64,000 nucleotides of DNA from an uncultured Spirochaetota bacterium (GCA_963781885.1 CAWAHW010000004.1:608001-672000); one strand, 5' to 3'. Counted from the stretch's first letter, positions 48,242 through 63,105 are shown. Notes: a model not told the origin generated them from the letters alone. Translations and numbers: made by a program.

Positions 48242-48535
48242 TCAGACGACCGTGATTTTCTTCACTCCCTCGGGAACGACGGAGACACCGAAGATCCTCT
48301 TCAGATCCTCCACGGAACCCACGGGAGCGGTTGTCTTTTTATTGTAGAGCACGAGGACCTCTTCCAGCTCCTGGGGCGCACCGCTGTACACCGCGGAGCT
48401 CACCGCCTGCTTGAACATCCCTGCCTCGGCGAGCTGGCGTGTCGAGCTGCCGCGATGCCGGCGCATATTCTTGCCGTCGATGATCGCCGTGCTTCCTTCG
48501 AAGCCGATGCAGAAGACGAAATCCTCCCTGCGCAT
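48242..48535 (-). CDS. Hypothetical protein (97 aa), probably co-transcribed with the MerR gene
   Basis: Fills the gap between the groEL terminator and MerR; globular composition. Confidence 0.7.
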   Translation of the reverse strand: MRREDFVFCIGFEGSTAIIDGKNMRRHRGSSTRQLAEAGMFKQAVSSAVYSGAPQELEEVLVLYNKKTTAPVGSVEDLKRIFGVSVVPEGVKKITVV

Positions 48536-48585
48536 GCGGCAATCCTGACAGATCGGGCATCGTTGTGCAAGGTATGACGAATCGC

Positions 48586-48612
48586 AAAAAAAGGCCGCCC
48601 ACGCGGGCGGCC
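48586..48612 (-). terminator. Rho-independent terminator of groEL
   Basis: GGCCGCCC-GCGT-GGGCGGCC-TTTTTTT. Confidence 0.9.
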
Positions 48613-48634
48613 CCTGATTTGCAGGAACGTTGTC

Positions 48635-52102
<3,468 letters not shown>

Positions 52103-52104
52103 GC

Positions 52105-52773
52105 ATGGCGGGCATCGAGTTCTTCGACGTCGATCACACGCTGACGCGCCGTTCGTCCGGCGGCCGCTACGTGGCGCTTGCAATGCGGCGGGGTGTCGTG
52201 CCGCGCCGGCTCCTTATCGTGCTTCCGTGGTATTCGCTCACCTACAAGCTGGGCATCTTCCGGCTGCGCGCGTACGACGGGGGATTTCCTTACCTGAGCG
52301 GGCTTTCCCGCTCGACGCTGGAGAGCCTCGCGCGGGAAAGCTTCGAATCCACCCTGAAGAACGACCTTTTCCCCCAGGCGGTCGCGCTCGTGCGGCAACT
52401 GCGGGGGCAGGGCCGCGCCGTCGTGCTTGCCACGTCGTCCCTTGACTTCATCGTCGCGCCGCTTGCCGATCATCTCGGCGTGGACGGCGTGCTTGCAACG
52501 GCCCTGGAGTTCAAGGACGGCATCTGCACGGGACGCCTGGACGGGGTGCCGATGTTCCGCCGGGAGAAGAAGGAGCGCGTGCTCGCCTTCGCCTCCGCGC
52601 GGAACGCGCTCCCCGCGGACTGCGCATTCTATTCCGACAGCATCTACGACCTGCCGCTGCTCGAATCGGTGGGAAGACCGGTGGCCGTGAATCCCGACAT
52701 ACGCCTTCGGCGCATCGCGCGGGACCGGGGCTGGCCGATCATGGACCTGGAACGATCTCGCCCTGCTCGATGA
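52105..52773 (+). CDS. HAD-IB family hydrolase (SerB-like)
   Basis: FFDVDHTL, ATSS, K, YSDSIYDLPLL, AVNPD. Confidence 0.92.
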   Translation: MAGIEFFDVDHTLTRRSSGGRYVALAMRRGVVPRRLLIVLPWYSLTYKLGIFRLRAYDGGFPYLSGLSRSTLESLARESFESTLKNDLFPQAVALVRQLRGQGRAVVLATSSLDFIVAPLADHLGVDGVLATALEFKDGICTGRLDGVPMFRREKKERVLAFASARNALPADCAFYSDSIYDLPLLESVGRPVAVNPDIRLRRIARDRGWPIMDLERSRPAR

Positions 52774-53509
52774 GGACGGCGGTGCCGTCGCCCTGACGGA
52801 GCATCAAACGTCCCCTGTCGTCAACCCCCTCGATCGTACCTTCCATCGTTTTTCCCGAGCCCAGGAGATCGACCCGAATCCGCTGCCCCATTGAGGCGAG
52901 GCGCTCCCGCAGTCCCTGGCGCCACGCATCATCGCGAAGAGCCTGGCGCAGACGCGCCAGGAGCCGCGACAGCATGAGAGAGGCGCTCACCTTTTGCCCG
53001 GAGACCTGGAAAAGCGAGCAGGCAATGGATTCGATCTCCGCCGGGAACGACGTCTGCAGCAGATTGATCCCGACGCCCACCAGGAGGACGTCTCCCGCAG
53101 ATTCGCAGAGAATGCCGGCAAGCTTGCGGCTGCCCGCGACAAGGTCGTTCGGCCATTTGATCTTGACGGGCGCGCCTGACACATCCTCGACGGCGCGCGC
53201 CGCGGCGACACCCGCCCGCAGGGGAAGCTCATGCGGCGGAAAATCGACGTCCCGCTTCATCAGCACGACCGTGGCAAGAAGGCTTTCCCCGGGCAGGGAG
53301 ATCCACGTCCTTCCCGGCACGCGTCCCCGGCCGCGCTCCTGGAATCGGGCGTACACCACGCTTCCCGACGCGCAGCCGGTGCGCGCAAGCTCCCGGGCGT
53401 CGTCCATCGTGGAGGACGTGCTCTCCCGCGTGACGACCACGGCGCCCGGCCACGGGTTGTCGACGCGGTCGCGAAACGCAAAATGAAAGCCGCGGTCGCT
53501 TGTCTCCAT
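52739..53509 (-). CDS. birA: Biotin--protein ligase without an HTH domain
   Basis: STMDDA, QERGRGR, KWPNDL, KLAGILCE, VGVGIN. Confidence 0.94.
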   Translation of the reverse strand: METSDRGFHFAFRDRVDNPWPGAVVVTRESTSSTMDDARELARTGCASGSVVYARFQERGRGRVPGRTWISLPGESLLATVVLMKRDVDFPPHELPLRAGVAAARAVEDVSGAPVKIKWPNDLVAGSRKLAGILCESAGDVLLVGVGINLLQTSFPAEIESIACSLFQVSGQKVSASLMLSRLLARLRQALRDDAWRQGLRERLASMGQRIRVDLLGSGKTMEGTIEGVDDRGRLMLRQGDGTAVLIEQGEIVPGP

Positions 53510-53535
53510 CGCATCGATTATGTACCATTTTTTGC

Positions 53536-55031
<1,496 letters not shown>

Positions 55032-55035
<4 letters not shown>

Positions 55036-56003
55036 GCAGCGCGCTCGACCCCCGCACGATCGAGGAGGAGATCGCGCGGATCAGGGAAAAGGAATCAACG
55101 CCATTCTCTGCCGGGACAAAGACGAACCTCTTCACGCTCCTGATCTTCCGCGCGGATGCGGGCCCTGCCCCCGGGGCGGCCGATCCCGTGGAATCGACTC
55201 TTGCATACCTCCTGGGCAAGAGGCCGGCCCGGATCATCACGCTCACGCGGGCGGAGGCGGAGAAAACCGAAGCACTGGTGAGCGGTCGCTGCTACCCCGA
55301 CCGGCGGAACCGCGGAGTGTGCTTCGAGGAGGTCCGCATCGAATGCGGCGATGACGGGCTGGGCGCGGATCCGGGCGCGTGGGCGCCGCTTGCCATCCGT
55401 GACCTGCCGGTCTTTGCCTGGATGCCGGACGGCATCGACGAGGAAATGGCGCTCTGGGAACCCACGCTCCGGCAGGCCGGCGGCATCGTGGACAAGCTGG
55501 TGGTGGATTCATCCCGCGCGGCCCCCGAGGCCGCACGCGCAGAGAATGCGCTGCGGGGACTGGGCCGGCTCCGCGATGCGGTTGCCGACGCCTTCAACGT
55601 TTCGGACTTCTCCTGGCGCCGTGGGCAGGTGCTCCGCGAACAGTCCGCGCGCGCATTCGACCCGGTGGAGATGCGGCCCCGTCTCGCGGCCGTGCGCAGC
55701 GTGCAGCTCTACGGGGGATCGCCCGCCGAGGCCCAGCTCTTCTTTGCGTGGCTGCGCGCGCGGCTGGGGCGCAAGGTGGAGGTGGACCACGCGTTCGCCG
55801 GCCCTCTCGGCGAAGGTTTCAAGGTGACCTTCTCACTCGATGGAAGCCCCGCGGTGGATATCGGCTGCACGAAGGGCGGCTGCCTCTCACGCGGCGAGGA
55901 AAAGGCGGGTTTCCGGGCCCCCGTGGACGGGGAGATTCTCATGGCGGAGGTGGATGACTTCGCGCGGGACGCGATTTTCCAGGAGGTGCTCGTCCATGCA
56001 TGA
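55032..56003 (+). CDS. opcA: G6PDH assembly protein OpcA
   Basis: Sits between zwf and pgl; RPARII, VCFEEV, DLPVFAW, LVVDS, SDFSW. Confidence 0.85.
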
Positions 56004-56793
56004 CGGGGCACCCGCGGAGACCGGAGAGCTGCGCACCATCGTGACGGAGGATCGGGAGCACCTTGCCGAGCAGGCGGGAGAGCTCCTGCTTGCCGTGATC
56101 GAGGAGGCAATTGGCGCCCGCGGCGAGGCATGGGTCATCCTTGCCGGCGGCACGACCCCCGGGCCCGCCTACGCGCGGCTGGCGCTGGGGCTGCGGGACC
56201 GCGCCGTGCCGATCGGAAAAATATCCTGGCTGATCGGCGACGAGCGATGGGTGCCGCGGATCGACCCGCAGTCGAACGAAGGCATGGCGCGGGAAAGCCT
56301 GCTGGGCCCCATCCGCGCGCCCGAGGCGACGATTGCCTCGTGGAACGCCGGCGAGGGCGATCCCGTGGAAAAGGCGGCGCGCTACGCGGCGCGCATCGAG
56401 GAGGCGCGGGCGCGCGGCGCGGGCGGCCCCGATCTCGTCATCCTCGGCATGGGTGCCGACGGCCACACCGCCTCGCTCTTTCCCGGCGCCACCGCGCTCC
56501 TGCCGGATGGCAGGCGCATCGCCGTGGCGCCGCGCATGACCGCGCTTGCCGCCGCCGTGGAAGGTCCGCCGTCCCGCGGCTGGCGGTTGACCCTCTGCCC
56601 TGATTTCCTTAGAACTTCACGGCATGTCGTGTTCCTGGTGGCCGGCAGCGACAGGGCGCCGGCGCTCCGACGCGCCCGCCAGGGAGACCCGGCGACACCC
56701 GCGGCCTGGATCCGGGGAGCGCAGACGCACTTCATCGTGACACGCGACGCCATGGGCACGGAAAGGGAAGCCGGCGATATCCGCTTTGCATAA
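55996..56793 (+). CDS. pgl: 6-phosphogluconolactonase
   Basis: LAGGTTP, GDERWV, SN, LGMGADGHTASLFP, RLTL. Confidence 0.95.
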   Translation: MHDGAPAETGELRTIVTEDREHLAEQAGELLLAVIEEAIGARGEAWVILAGGTTPGPAYARLALGLRDRAVPIGKISWLIGDERWVPRIDPQSNEGMARESLLGPIRAPEATIASWNAGEGDPVEKAARYAARIEEARARGAGGPDLVILGMGADGHTASLFPGATALLPDGRRIAVAPRMTALAAAVEGPPSRGWRLTLCPDFLRTSRHVVFLVAGSDRAPALRRARQGDPATPAAWIRGAQTHFIVTRDAMGTEREAGDIRFA

Positions 56794-56812
56794 AGGCACA
56801 GGAGAAAAAAAC

Positions 56813-57616
56813 ATGGACACCCGGCTTGCGCAGTTCGTGCGCGGCCTGTTCTTCGACATCCAGACAATCGAAGGCGTGCAGTCCCTGGAGATCTGGAACG
56901 GCATCCGCGAGCGCGACGACTCCTTCGAGATGACCCGTCTGGTGAAAAACTTCTACAAGATCGTCATCCCGCTCGTGAATGAACGGTGCTTCGGCAAGCC
57001 GTTCTCCCACCATTCCCGGCGGGCAAAGGCGACCGTTGCGGCCCTCATCGAGATGTTCGACGGCAGCCGCGAGTCGCCGTTCTTCGCGCGCTTCCCCTAC
57101 CCGCCGACGGGCGACGGCGACCAGAAGGAGCTGTACAAGGTGGTCAAGTCCGCTGCCGACACGCTGGTCACGGAGGCTGAGGCCGCGGAGGCGGCAGATC
57201 CCGTGACACCGGCTCCCGCTGCGGCCTCCCACGAGGTGTTTCCCGACGGGCTCTTCGATTTCCGCGAGATGAGGATCGTCGACAACGAGCTGCCCTACAT
57301 CATCTTCACGGACAAGGAGTTCCGCGTCATCCACGGGCTTGCCATCGTCTATCTCTGGCTCATCGACCTGGATGCGATATTCCTGGAGACGCTGGAGGAG
57401 CAGGGGGTCGATGCCGCGCTGCGGGAGGAATACCGGCAGTTCGGCCGCAAGGTCCACAAGGAGAACCCCCTCATCATCCATGGCAGACCGATGGACGCGA
57501 AGGCGCTCCTTTCGCACATCCACGAGCAGCTGAAGTACAAGGACTACCTGGACCTTTTCGAGAATGTCTACGCCTGGTTCGAGCAGACCCGCGACCGGCT
57601 CGGCGGGCAGGCGTAA
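56813..57616 (+). CDS. Hypothetical protein
   Basis: AGGAG RBS, strong GC3 bias, no recognised motif. Confidence 0.8.
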   Translation: MDTRLAQFVRGLFFDIQTIEGVQSLEIWNGIRERDDSFEMTRLVKNFYKIVIPLVNERCFGKPFSHHSRRAKATVAALIEMFDGSRESPFFARFPYPPTGDGDQKELYKVVKSAADTLVTEAEAAEAADPVTPAPAAASHEVFPDGLFDFREMRIVDNELPYIIFTDKEFRVIHGLAIVYLWLIDLDAIFLETLEEQGVDAALREEYRQFGRKVHKENPLIIHGRPMDAKALLSHIHEQLKYKDYLDLFENVYAWFEQTRDRLGGQA

Positions 57617-57663
57617 CGGCGGGGGCCGCCCGGTTTCCCGGGCAGCCTTCCGCGGATAAGAGC

Positions 57664-59028
57664 TCAGCCGACCTTCGGCAGCTCCTTCTCGGCCTTCTGG
57701 ATCTCCTGCTCGGGGTACTCGTAGTCTTCCAGCTTCCCCGCGAAGTACTGCTCGTATGCCTGCATGTCGAAATGCCCGTGACCGGAGAGATTGAAGAGGA
57801 TCACCTTCTTCTCACCCGTTTCCTTGCATCTCTTCGCCGCGCGTATCGTCGACGCGATGGCGTGCGCGGACTCGGGCGCCGGGATGATGCCTTCCGTGCG
57901 CGCGAAAAGCACCGCCGCCTCGAACGTCTCTTTCTGCCGCAGGGCCTCGGCGCGGATGAGCCCCCGGTGATTGAGCAGCGACACGATAGGCGCGGCGCCG
58001 TGATAGCGCAGCCCACCCGCGTGCACCGACGGGGGGATAAATCCGTGGCCCAGGGTGTACATCTTGGCGAGCGGGATGAGCTTGCCCGCGTCGCCGAAGT
58101 CGTACGCGTACAGGCCCTTGGAGAGCGACGGGCAGGCGAGCGGCTCTGAGGCGATGAATTCGATCTTCCGCTTTCCCGAGATCTTGTCCTCCATGAACGG
58201 GAGGCAAATGCCACCGAAGTTGCTGCCGCCGCCGTGGCAGCCGATGACGATGTCCGGCATGAGCCCGAGCTCCTCGAGCACCGCGCGCGCCTCCTGGCCG
58301 ATGACGGTCTGATGCAGGAGCACGTGGTTGAGCACCGAGCCCAGCGAGTATTTCACGGCGCCGTTGGACGTGGCGGCGATCTCCACGGCTTCCGAGATGG
58401 CGATGCCGAGAGAGCCGGGATAGTTGCGCGCGTCCTGGAGCATGGCCGCCCCGATCTTCGTCTCCTTGGAGGGGCTGGGATGCACCTTGGCGCCGTAGCT
58501 TTCCATCATGATCTTGCGATACGGCTTCTGGTCATAGGAGGCGCGGACCATGAAGACGTTGATGTCGAGATTGAAGTGCGCACCGGCGAAGGACAGCGCG
58601 CTTCCCCACTGGCCGGCGCCGGTCTCCGTCACGAGCTTCTTCACGCCTTCCCGCTGGTTGTAGTACGCCTGCGGGATTGCGGTGTTGGGTTTGTGGCTGC
58701 CGGTCGGCGTGACGCTCTCATTCTTGAAAAAGATCATCGCGGGAGTTCCCAGCGCCTCCTCCAGGAACTTTGCGCGGATGAGAGGGGTCGGGCGGAAAAG
58801 TGAATAAACCTTCAGCACCTCGTCGGGTATGGCGATCTCCCTTTCCTGGGAGACCTCCTGCTCGAGAAGCCCCATGGGGAACAGCGGCGTGAAGGCCTCC
58901 AGCGGAACCGGCTTTCCGTCCGCGGGGTTGAGCATCGGCGGAATGGGCTCGGGGAGGGACGGCTGGATGTTCAGCCATTTCTTCGGTATTTCCCGTGTGG
59001 GAAGCTGGAAAATGCGGTTGTCGGTCAT
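57664..59028 (-). CDS. trpB: Tryptophan synthase beta chain, type 2 (TrpB2), stand-alone
   Basis: GSHKPN (PLP Lys), TETGAGQWG, GSLGIAISEA, GGGSN, HAGGLRYHG, NLSGHG; no trpA nearby. Confidence 0.95.
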   Translation of the reverse strand: MTDNRIFQLPTREIPKKWLNIQPSLPEPIPPMLNPADGKPVPLEAFTPLFPMGLLEQEVSQEREIAIPDEVLKVYSLFRPTPLIRAKFLEEALGTPAMIFFKNESVTPTGSHKPNTAIPQAYYNQREGVKKLVTETGAGQWGSALSFAGAHFNLDINVFMVRASYDQKPYRKIMMESYGAKVHPSPSKETKIGAAMLQDARNYPGSLGIAISEAVEIAATSNGAVKYSLGSVLNHVLLHQTVIGQEARAVLEELGLMPDIVIGCHGGGSNFGGICLPFMEDKISGKRKIEFIASEPLACPSLSKGLYAYDFGDAGKLIPLAKMYTLGHGFIPPSVHAGGLRYHGAAPIVSLLNHRGLIRAEALRQKETFEAAVLFARTEGIIPAPESAHAIASTIRAAKRCKETGEKKVILFNLSGHGHFDMQAYEQYFAGKLEDYEYPEQEIQKAEKELPKVG

Positions 59029-59070
59029 GGAACGTCTCCTTTCTCGTCTTGGCCGCCCGCACGGGGCGGA

Positions 59071-59102
59071 AAATAAAAAACCCCGGGCCTTGTGCCCGGG
59101 GT
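59071..59102 (-). terminator. Second intrinsic terminator in the trpB2 leader
   Basis: ACCCCGGGC-ACAAG-GCCCGGGGT followed by TTTTTATTT. Confidence 0.75.
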
Positions 59103-59111
59103 CTCGCGCAT

Positions 59112-59165
59112 AAAAAAACCGCGGGCGGTTTCTCTCTCACTCGGGGAGGGAAACCGCCTGCGGTC
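59112..59165 (-). terminator. Attenuator terminator in the trpB2 leader
   Basis: ACCGCAGGCGGTTTCCCTC pairs with GAGAGAAACCGCCCGCGGT and is followed by a T-tract. Its 5' arm can instead pair with GGGGGAGGAAACCGCGGTC in the leader ORF. Confidence 0.85.
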
Positions 59166-59184
59166 TGTAATGTCCTGACTCAGG

Positions 59185-59271
59185 TCAGGTGGACCGCGGT
59201 TTCCTCCCCCGGCTCCACCCCCACCAATTCTGCGGAACGCTGGCTGCGCGCGTCATGCCGTCAAAACTCAT
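59185..59271 (-). CDS. Trp attenuation leader peptide (TrpL-like); start at 59280, 59271 or 59256
   Basis: MSFDGMTRAASVPQNWWGWSRGRKPRST*, with three Trp in four codons; TTGACA-N16-TATAAA promoter at 59309-59282. Confidence 0.8.
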   Translation of the reverse strand: MSFDGMTRAASVPQNWWGWSRGRKPRST

Positions 59272-59318
59272 GATGTGCATATTTATACCGATCCTGACGC
59301 GCGTGTCAACACCATTTT

Positions 59319-60329
59319 TCAGAAATCCACGAGCTCCAGCTCGAAGAGCACGAATGCGTCCGGCGGGACGATGTTGGAGTAGCCGTGGCTGCCGAAGGCA
59401 AGCTCGGGCGGGATCACGAGGCGCCGCGTCTCTCCCCGTTTCATCGTGAGAAGCGCCTCCGTCCAGCCCTTGATGGACAGCTTGTCCATCTGCACGGCAA
59501 CGGCAGACCCCGACGCCGAGGAATCGGCAAAGACCTTCCCGCTCAGGAGCATGCCCTTGTACGTGATGCTCACCGCGGCAGTTGCCCCGGGGCTCCCGCC
59601 CGATCCCTGCTTCAGCACCTCGTACATGAGACCGCTCTTGGTCGTGACGAGCTTCGGCCACTGCGTGTGGATGAGCGCCAGCGCGTCGGCGCGCTGGCTC
59701 TTCTTGCGTTCGGCGACCCCCTCCCAGGCGCTGGCGACCATTCCATCGAAGCTCTTCTGCGTCACCGTGAAGGCCCCGGCCGCTGCGCCGACCCGGATGA
59801 TGCGAACGCTCGTCATGTGGTCGCCTTCCTTGATGGCGTTCACCACGTCCTGTCCCTGGACGACGTGACCGAAGACGCTGTACCCGCCGTCCAGCCATGC
59901 CGCGGGACCCATCGTGATGTAGAACTGGCTCCCGTTCGTGTCCGGCCCCGCGTTCGCCATGGCCATGACGCCGGCGGCATCGTGCTTCAGGTCGGGCCGC
60001 GTCTCGTTCGGGATCTCGTAGCCGGGGCCGCCGGACCCGTCACCCTTGGGGTCGCCGCCCTGGACCACGAAGCCCGCCACGACGCGGTGGAAGGTGAGCC
60101 CGTCGTAGAACCGGCGGCCTGTCTGGCCGTTCGCCTTCAGCGTGCCTTCCGCGAGCCCCACGAAGTTGGACACGGTCATCGGCACCTTCTCGAACTCCAG
60201 CTGGCACAGGATCGTGCCGCGGTCCGTCTTGATCTCCGCGTACAGCCCGTCCGCCAGCTTCTGCGTCTGGGCCATGCCCGGCATCACCGCCGCGAAGGCG
60301 AAAGAGATGAGAATGATGAATCTGCGCAC
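59319..60329 (-). CDS. Exported peptidyl-prolyl isomerase, cyclophilin-FKBP fusion
   Basis: Signal peptide; FHRVVAGFVVQGGDP, MANAGPDTNGSQFYIT; then IKGWTEAL...IPPELAFG...FELELVD. Confidence 0.94.
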   Translation of the reverse strand: MRRFIILISFAFAAVMPGMAQTQKLADGLYAEIKTDRGTILCQLEFEKVPMTVSNFVGLAEGTLKANGQTGRRFYDGLTFHRVVAGFVVQGGDPKGDGSGGPGYEIPNETRPDLKHDAAGVMAMANAGPDTNGSQFYITMGPAAWLDGGYSVFGHVVQGQDVVNAIKEGDHMTSVRIIRVGAAAGAFTVTQKSFDGMVASAWEGVAERKKSQRADALALIHTQWPKLVTTKSGLMYEVLKQGSGGSPGATAAVSITYKGMLLSGKVFADSSASGSAVAVQMDKLSIKGWTEALLTMKRGETRRLVIPPELAFGSHGYSNIVPPDAFVLFELELVDF

Positions 60330-60375
60330 GCGCTCCTCCCATCAGGCTCTGGTTGCCGCGGTCCCCGCGCACACG

Positions 60376-60900
60376 TCAAGGTCGGACCACCGCATCGATC
60401 TCGACCTCCGCGGGGTCGTCCGCCGACGCGACCACCTTCCATTCCTGGGCGTCGCGATCGAAGTCGGCGATTTTCTCAATGGGCATCTTGATGTACCGGC
60501 CCTGCCCCTCCACGGCCACGGTGCCATCCTCCAGCAGGATCTCACCCGTGCCTTCGAAGAAGCGCGATGCCTCCTTCACGATCCTGCCGATGACGCGCAC
60601 GGGCCGGTCCGTTGGCACCGGCTTCTTGAAACGCATCGTGAACTCCACGGTGACGCCCCAGACCTCGCCCTGGGAGCGGATCATGATGGCCCGTCCGATG
60701 GTCTCGTCGAGGATGGTGGCGCTGATCCCGCCGTGCAGCCGGCCGGGATAGCTCTGATGCTCGTCGCGCGCGGTGAAGATCGCCATGAGCTCCCCGCCTT
60801 CCACTTCGTAGAACGCGGCGTGGAGTCCGGCGGGGTTTTTCAACCCGCACACGAAGCACATCTTCGAGTTCTGCTGCTTGCCCGTGACTTTCCGTTTCAT
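60376..60900 (-). CDS. PaaI family hot-dog thioesterase
   Basis: CFVCGLKNPAGL, YPGRLHGG, ILDETIG. Confidence 0.9.
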   Translation of the reverse strand: MKRKVTGKQQNSKMCFVCGLKNPAGLHAAFYEVEGGELMAIFTARDEHQSYPGRLHGGISATILDETIGRAIMIRSQGEVWGVTVEFTMRFKKPVPTDRPVRVIGRIVKEASRFFEGTGEILLEDGTVAVEGQGRYIKMPIEKIADFDRDAQEWKVVASADDPAEVEIDAVVRP

Positions 60901-62582
60901 CCGCGCACGCTCCCTGCAACGACCTGCGATGCCTCGAAATACGACGGCCCGAGACGCCGCAGCACCTCGGCCACGTCGCGCTCGTCCCCCTCGACGCCCA
61001 GCGCGGCGAAGTTCTTGTCCCCGCGCGCGCCGAGCTGGAAGTCCACCACATTCACCCCGCGCGAGGCAAGCGCCGACAGGAGCACGAGGACGACGCCCGG
61101 CCTGTTGGCATGCACCGCCACGATCATGTGCCGCGAGATGGGGATGGGAAGCCACACGCCGTCCACCTCCAGGAGGTAGGCGGGCGCCCGCTTCAACGGC
61201 GGCAGCCGCATGCGGATCTCGGGCTTGATGTCCATGAATCGGTCCGCCGCAGTTCCCCGCACGAACTCCACGGCCTCGCGGATGCGCTCGCGCGGTCCTT
61301 CCAACGTGAGATACGCCGTCGCCGTGCCGTCCTGCAGGGAGGCGAGCCACGCCGTTTCGACATTGATCTCCTCCGATGCAAGGGTGTTGAGGAGGATGGC
61401 AAGAGTCCCGGGCGTGTCCTGGTGATGGGAGAAGAGGCAGACGATCTCTCCGCCGTCGTAGGCCGGCATGCGGTCGGAGATGGTGACGGAGCGCTCCTCC
61501 TTGCGCACGCGCAGGGCGTGAAAAGAGCCCAGGGATGACGACTCGGGAAACTCCTTTGCAAGGCTGCGGAATCCGCCGCCAAAGGATATGTGGGGAATCT
61601 CCAGCCTCTTCTCTTGGGCGAAGCGATGATTGAGGATCTCCATGCCGAGATTCAGAATGCGAAACGACGATTCATCGCGGGATCTGAGCGGCCTTTTTTC
61701 CGGGATGCCGCGGGAGAAGGAGACGTAGTAGCGATAGCCGGCCGCCTGCACCGCCCCCAGCCCCGCCGCGTAATCGCGGCCCAGGTCGTCGAGCGCGTGT
61801 GTATCGGTGCCGAGGGCAACGGGGATGCCGAGCGCCCGCGCGCGGCGGAGTATCTCGGGATGGGGGTAGATGCCGACGCCCTTGCGCAGGCCGGACAGGT
61901 TCACGTCCAGCGCGAGGTTGCGCTCCGCGATCATCTCCAACAGCGTGAAGAGCCGGCGGGCCGTTCCGCTGTCGGCGCCGTCCAGGTCGGAAAGGCAGGC
62001 GGGAAGCGGCGCGTAGAGCTTGGGCAGGTCGATGTGACCCACGACACTGATGGTCTGCCAACTGGCGTCCACCATTTCGATGAGCTCGTCGAAGTATGCC
62101 GCCCAGAACGGCTCCACGCCGCCGCGCGCGTCGATGAGCCTCTTCGTGTCCTCCGCGGAGCCGTCGTAGGGGATGCCGTTCGGCGCAAAATGCACGGAGC
62201 AGACCACGAAGTCCACGCCGTGGGCCTGGAAGAGCTTCGCGCGATTCCATTGCTCGCCCAGCCCGGTGCCCCGCCACTCCAGCTCCACGCCGCAGCGCAC
62301 CTCGATGCGGCTGCCCACGTGCTCCCGGAGCCTTCGGATGCGGTCGGGAAAATCGAAATAGGAGGCGTCCCCCCGGATGAACTTCACGTCCGTGGCGCGC
62401 TCGCTCGCGTAGCGGAAACGGGTCAGGCGCGGCGTGTGGATGACGAACGTCACCGAGGGGAAGCCCAGGGACACGGCGCGGTCAACGACGGACTCCAGGT
62501 CGTCGATGCCGTGTTTGACGTGATCGGCGCCCGTGCCGACGTGGATGCCGTGGGTTTCCCAGATGAAAGACGGCGCGCGCAT
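60897..62582 (-). CDS. PHP-family (HisJ/HisK-like) phosphatase fused to two ACT domains
   Basis: THGIH, IHTP, GVELE, SVHF, GHIDL, GTDTH; ACT motifs HQDTPGTL...INV and HANRPGVV...VNV. Confidence 0.82.
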   Translation of the reverse strand: MRAPSFIWETHGIHVGTGADHVKHGIDDLESVVDRAVSLGFPSVTFVIHTPRLTRFRYASERATDVKFIRGDASYFDFPDRIRRLREHVGSRIEVRCGVELEWRGTGLGEQWNRAKLFQAHGVDFVVCSVHFAPNGIPYDGSAEDTKRLIDARGGVEPFWAAYFDELIEMVDASWQTISVVGHIDLPKLYAPLPACLSDLDGADSGTARRLFTLLEMIAERNLALDVNLSGLRKGVGIYPHPEILRRARALGIPVALGTDTHALDDLGRDYAAGLGAVQAAGYRYYVSFSRGIPEKRPLRSRDESSFRILNLGMEILNHRFAQEKRLEIPHISFGGGFRSLAKEFPESSSLGSFHALRVRKEERSVTISDRMPAYDGGEIVCLFSHHQDTPGTLAILLNTLASEEINVETAWLASLQDGTATAYLTLEGPRERIREAVEFVRGTAADRFMDIKPEIRMRLPPLKRAPAYLLEVDGVWLPIPISRHMIVAVHANRPGVVLVLLSALASRGVNVVDFQLGARGDKNFAALGVEGDERDVAEVLRRLGPSYFEASQVVAGSVRG

Positions 62583-62667
62583 GCCTTGAGAGTATACCGA
62601 CGACGGGCCTCCCGGCCAACGGCAGTGCTCGCTTGAAAGCGGCCCGGGATTATTCTATCTTCATTTC

Positions 62668-63105
62668 ATGGACAGCCGCGAGGTGATGAACAGGGTCGGG
62701 GCCATCATCGAGGCCCACGGGACCGGCGTGCTCGCCACGGTGGACGAGGACGGCAACCCGCACGTCCGCTGGCTCACCCCGACGATGCTCCGGGAGAGAC
62801 CGGGGGCCCTCTACGCCATCACCGCGCCGCGATTCTCCAAGGTGGCCCAGGTCCGCGCGCATGCCCGCGTGGAGTGGATGTTCCAGACGCCGTCGCTCGA
62901 CGAGGTGATCAGCGTCCGCGGGACGATCAACGCGGTGGAGAATCCCTCCCTCCGCGCGGAAGTGCTCGAGGTGCTCGGGCAGCGCCTGCAGACATTCTGG
63001 AAGCTCGCGCACGACGCCCGTGACCTCGTCGTGCTGGAAACAGTCGTCGAGGAGGCGACGCGGTTCCTGCCCATGGACGGCAGGAAGGACGTCGTTCGTT
63101 TCTGA
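62668..63105 (+). CDS. Pyridoxamine 5'-phosphate oxidase-like FMN split-barrel protein
   Basis: GVLATVDEDGNPHVRW, SKVAQV...RVEW. Confidence 0.85.
   Translation: MDSREVMNRVGAIIEAHGTGVLATVDEDGNPHVRWLTPTMLRERPGALYAITAPRFSKVAQVRAHARVEWMFQTPSLDEVISVRGTINAVENPSLRAEVLEVLGQRLQTFWKLAHDARDLVVLETVVEEATRFLPMDGRKDVVRF

Noticed and set aside
59030-59310. T-box upstream of trpB2
   Set aside because: AGGTGGACCGCG at ~59188 is on the wrong strand and there is no stem I. The leader-peptide attenuator explains the region.
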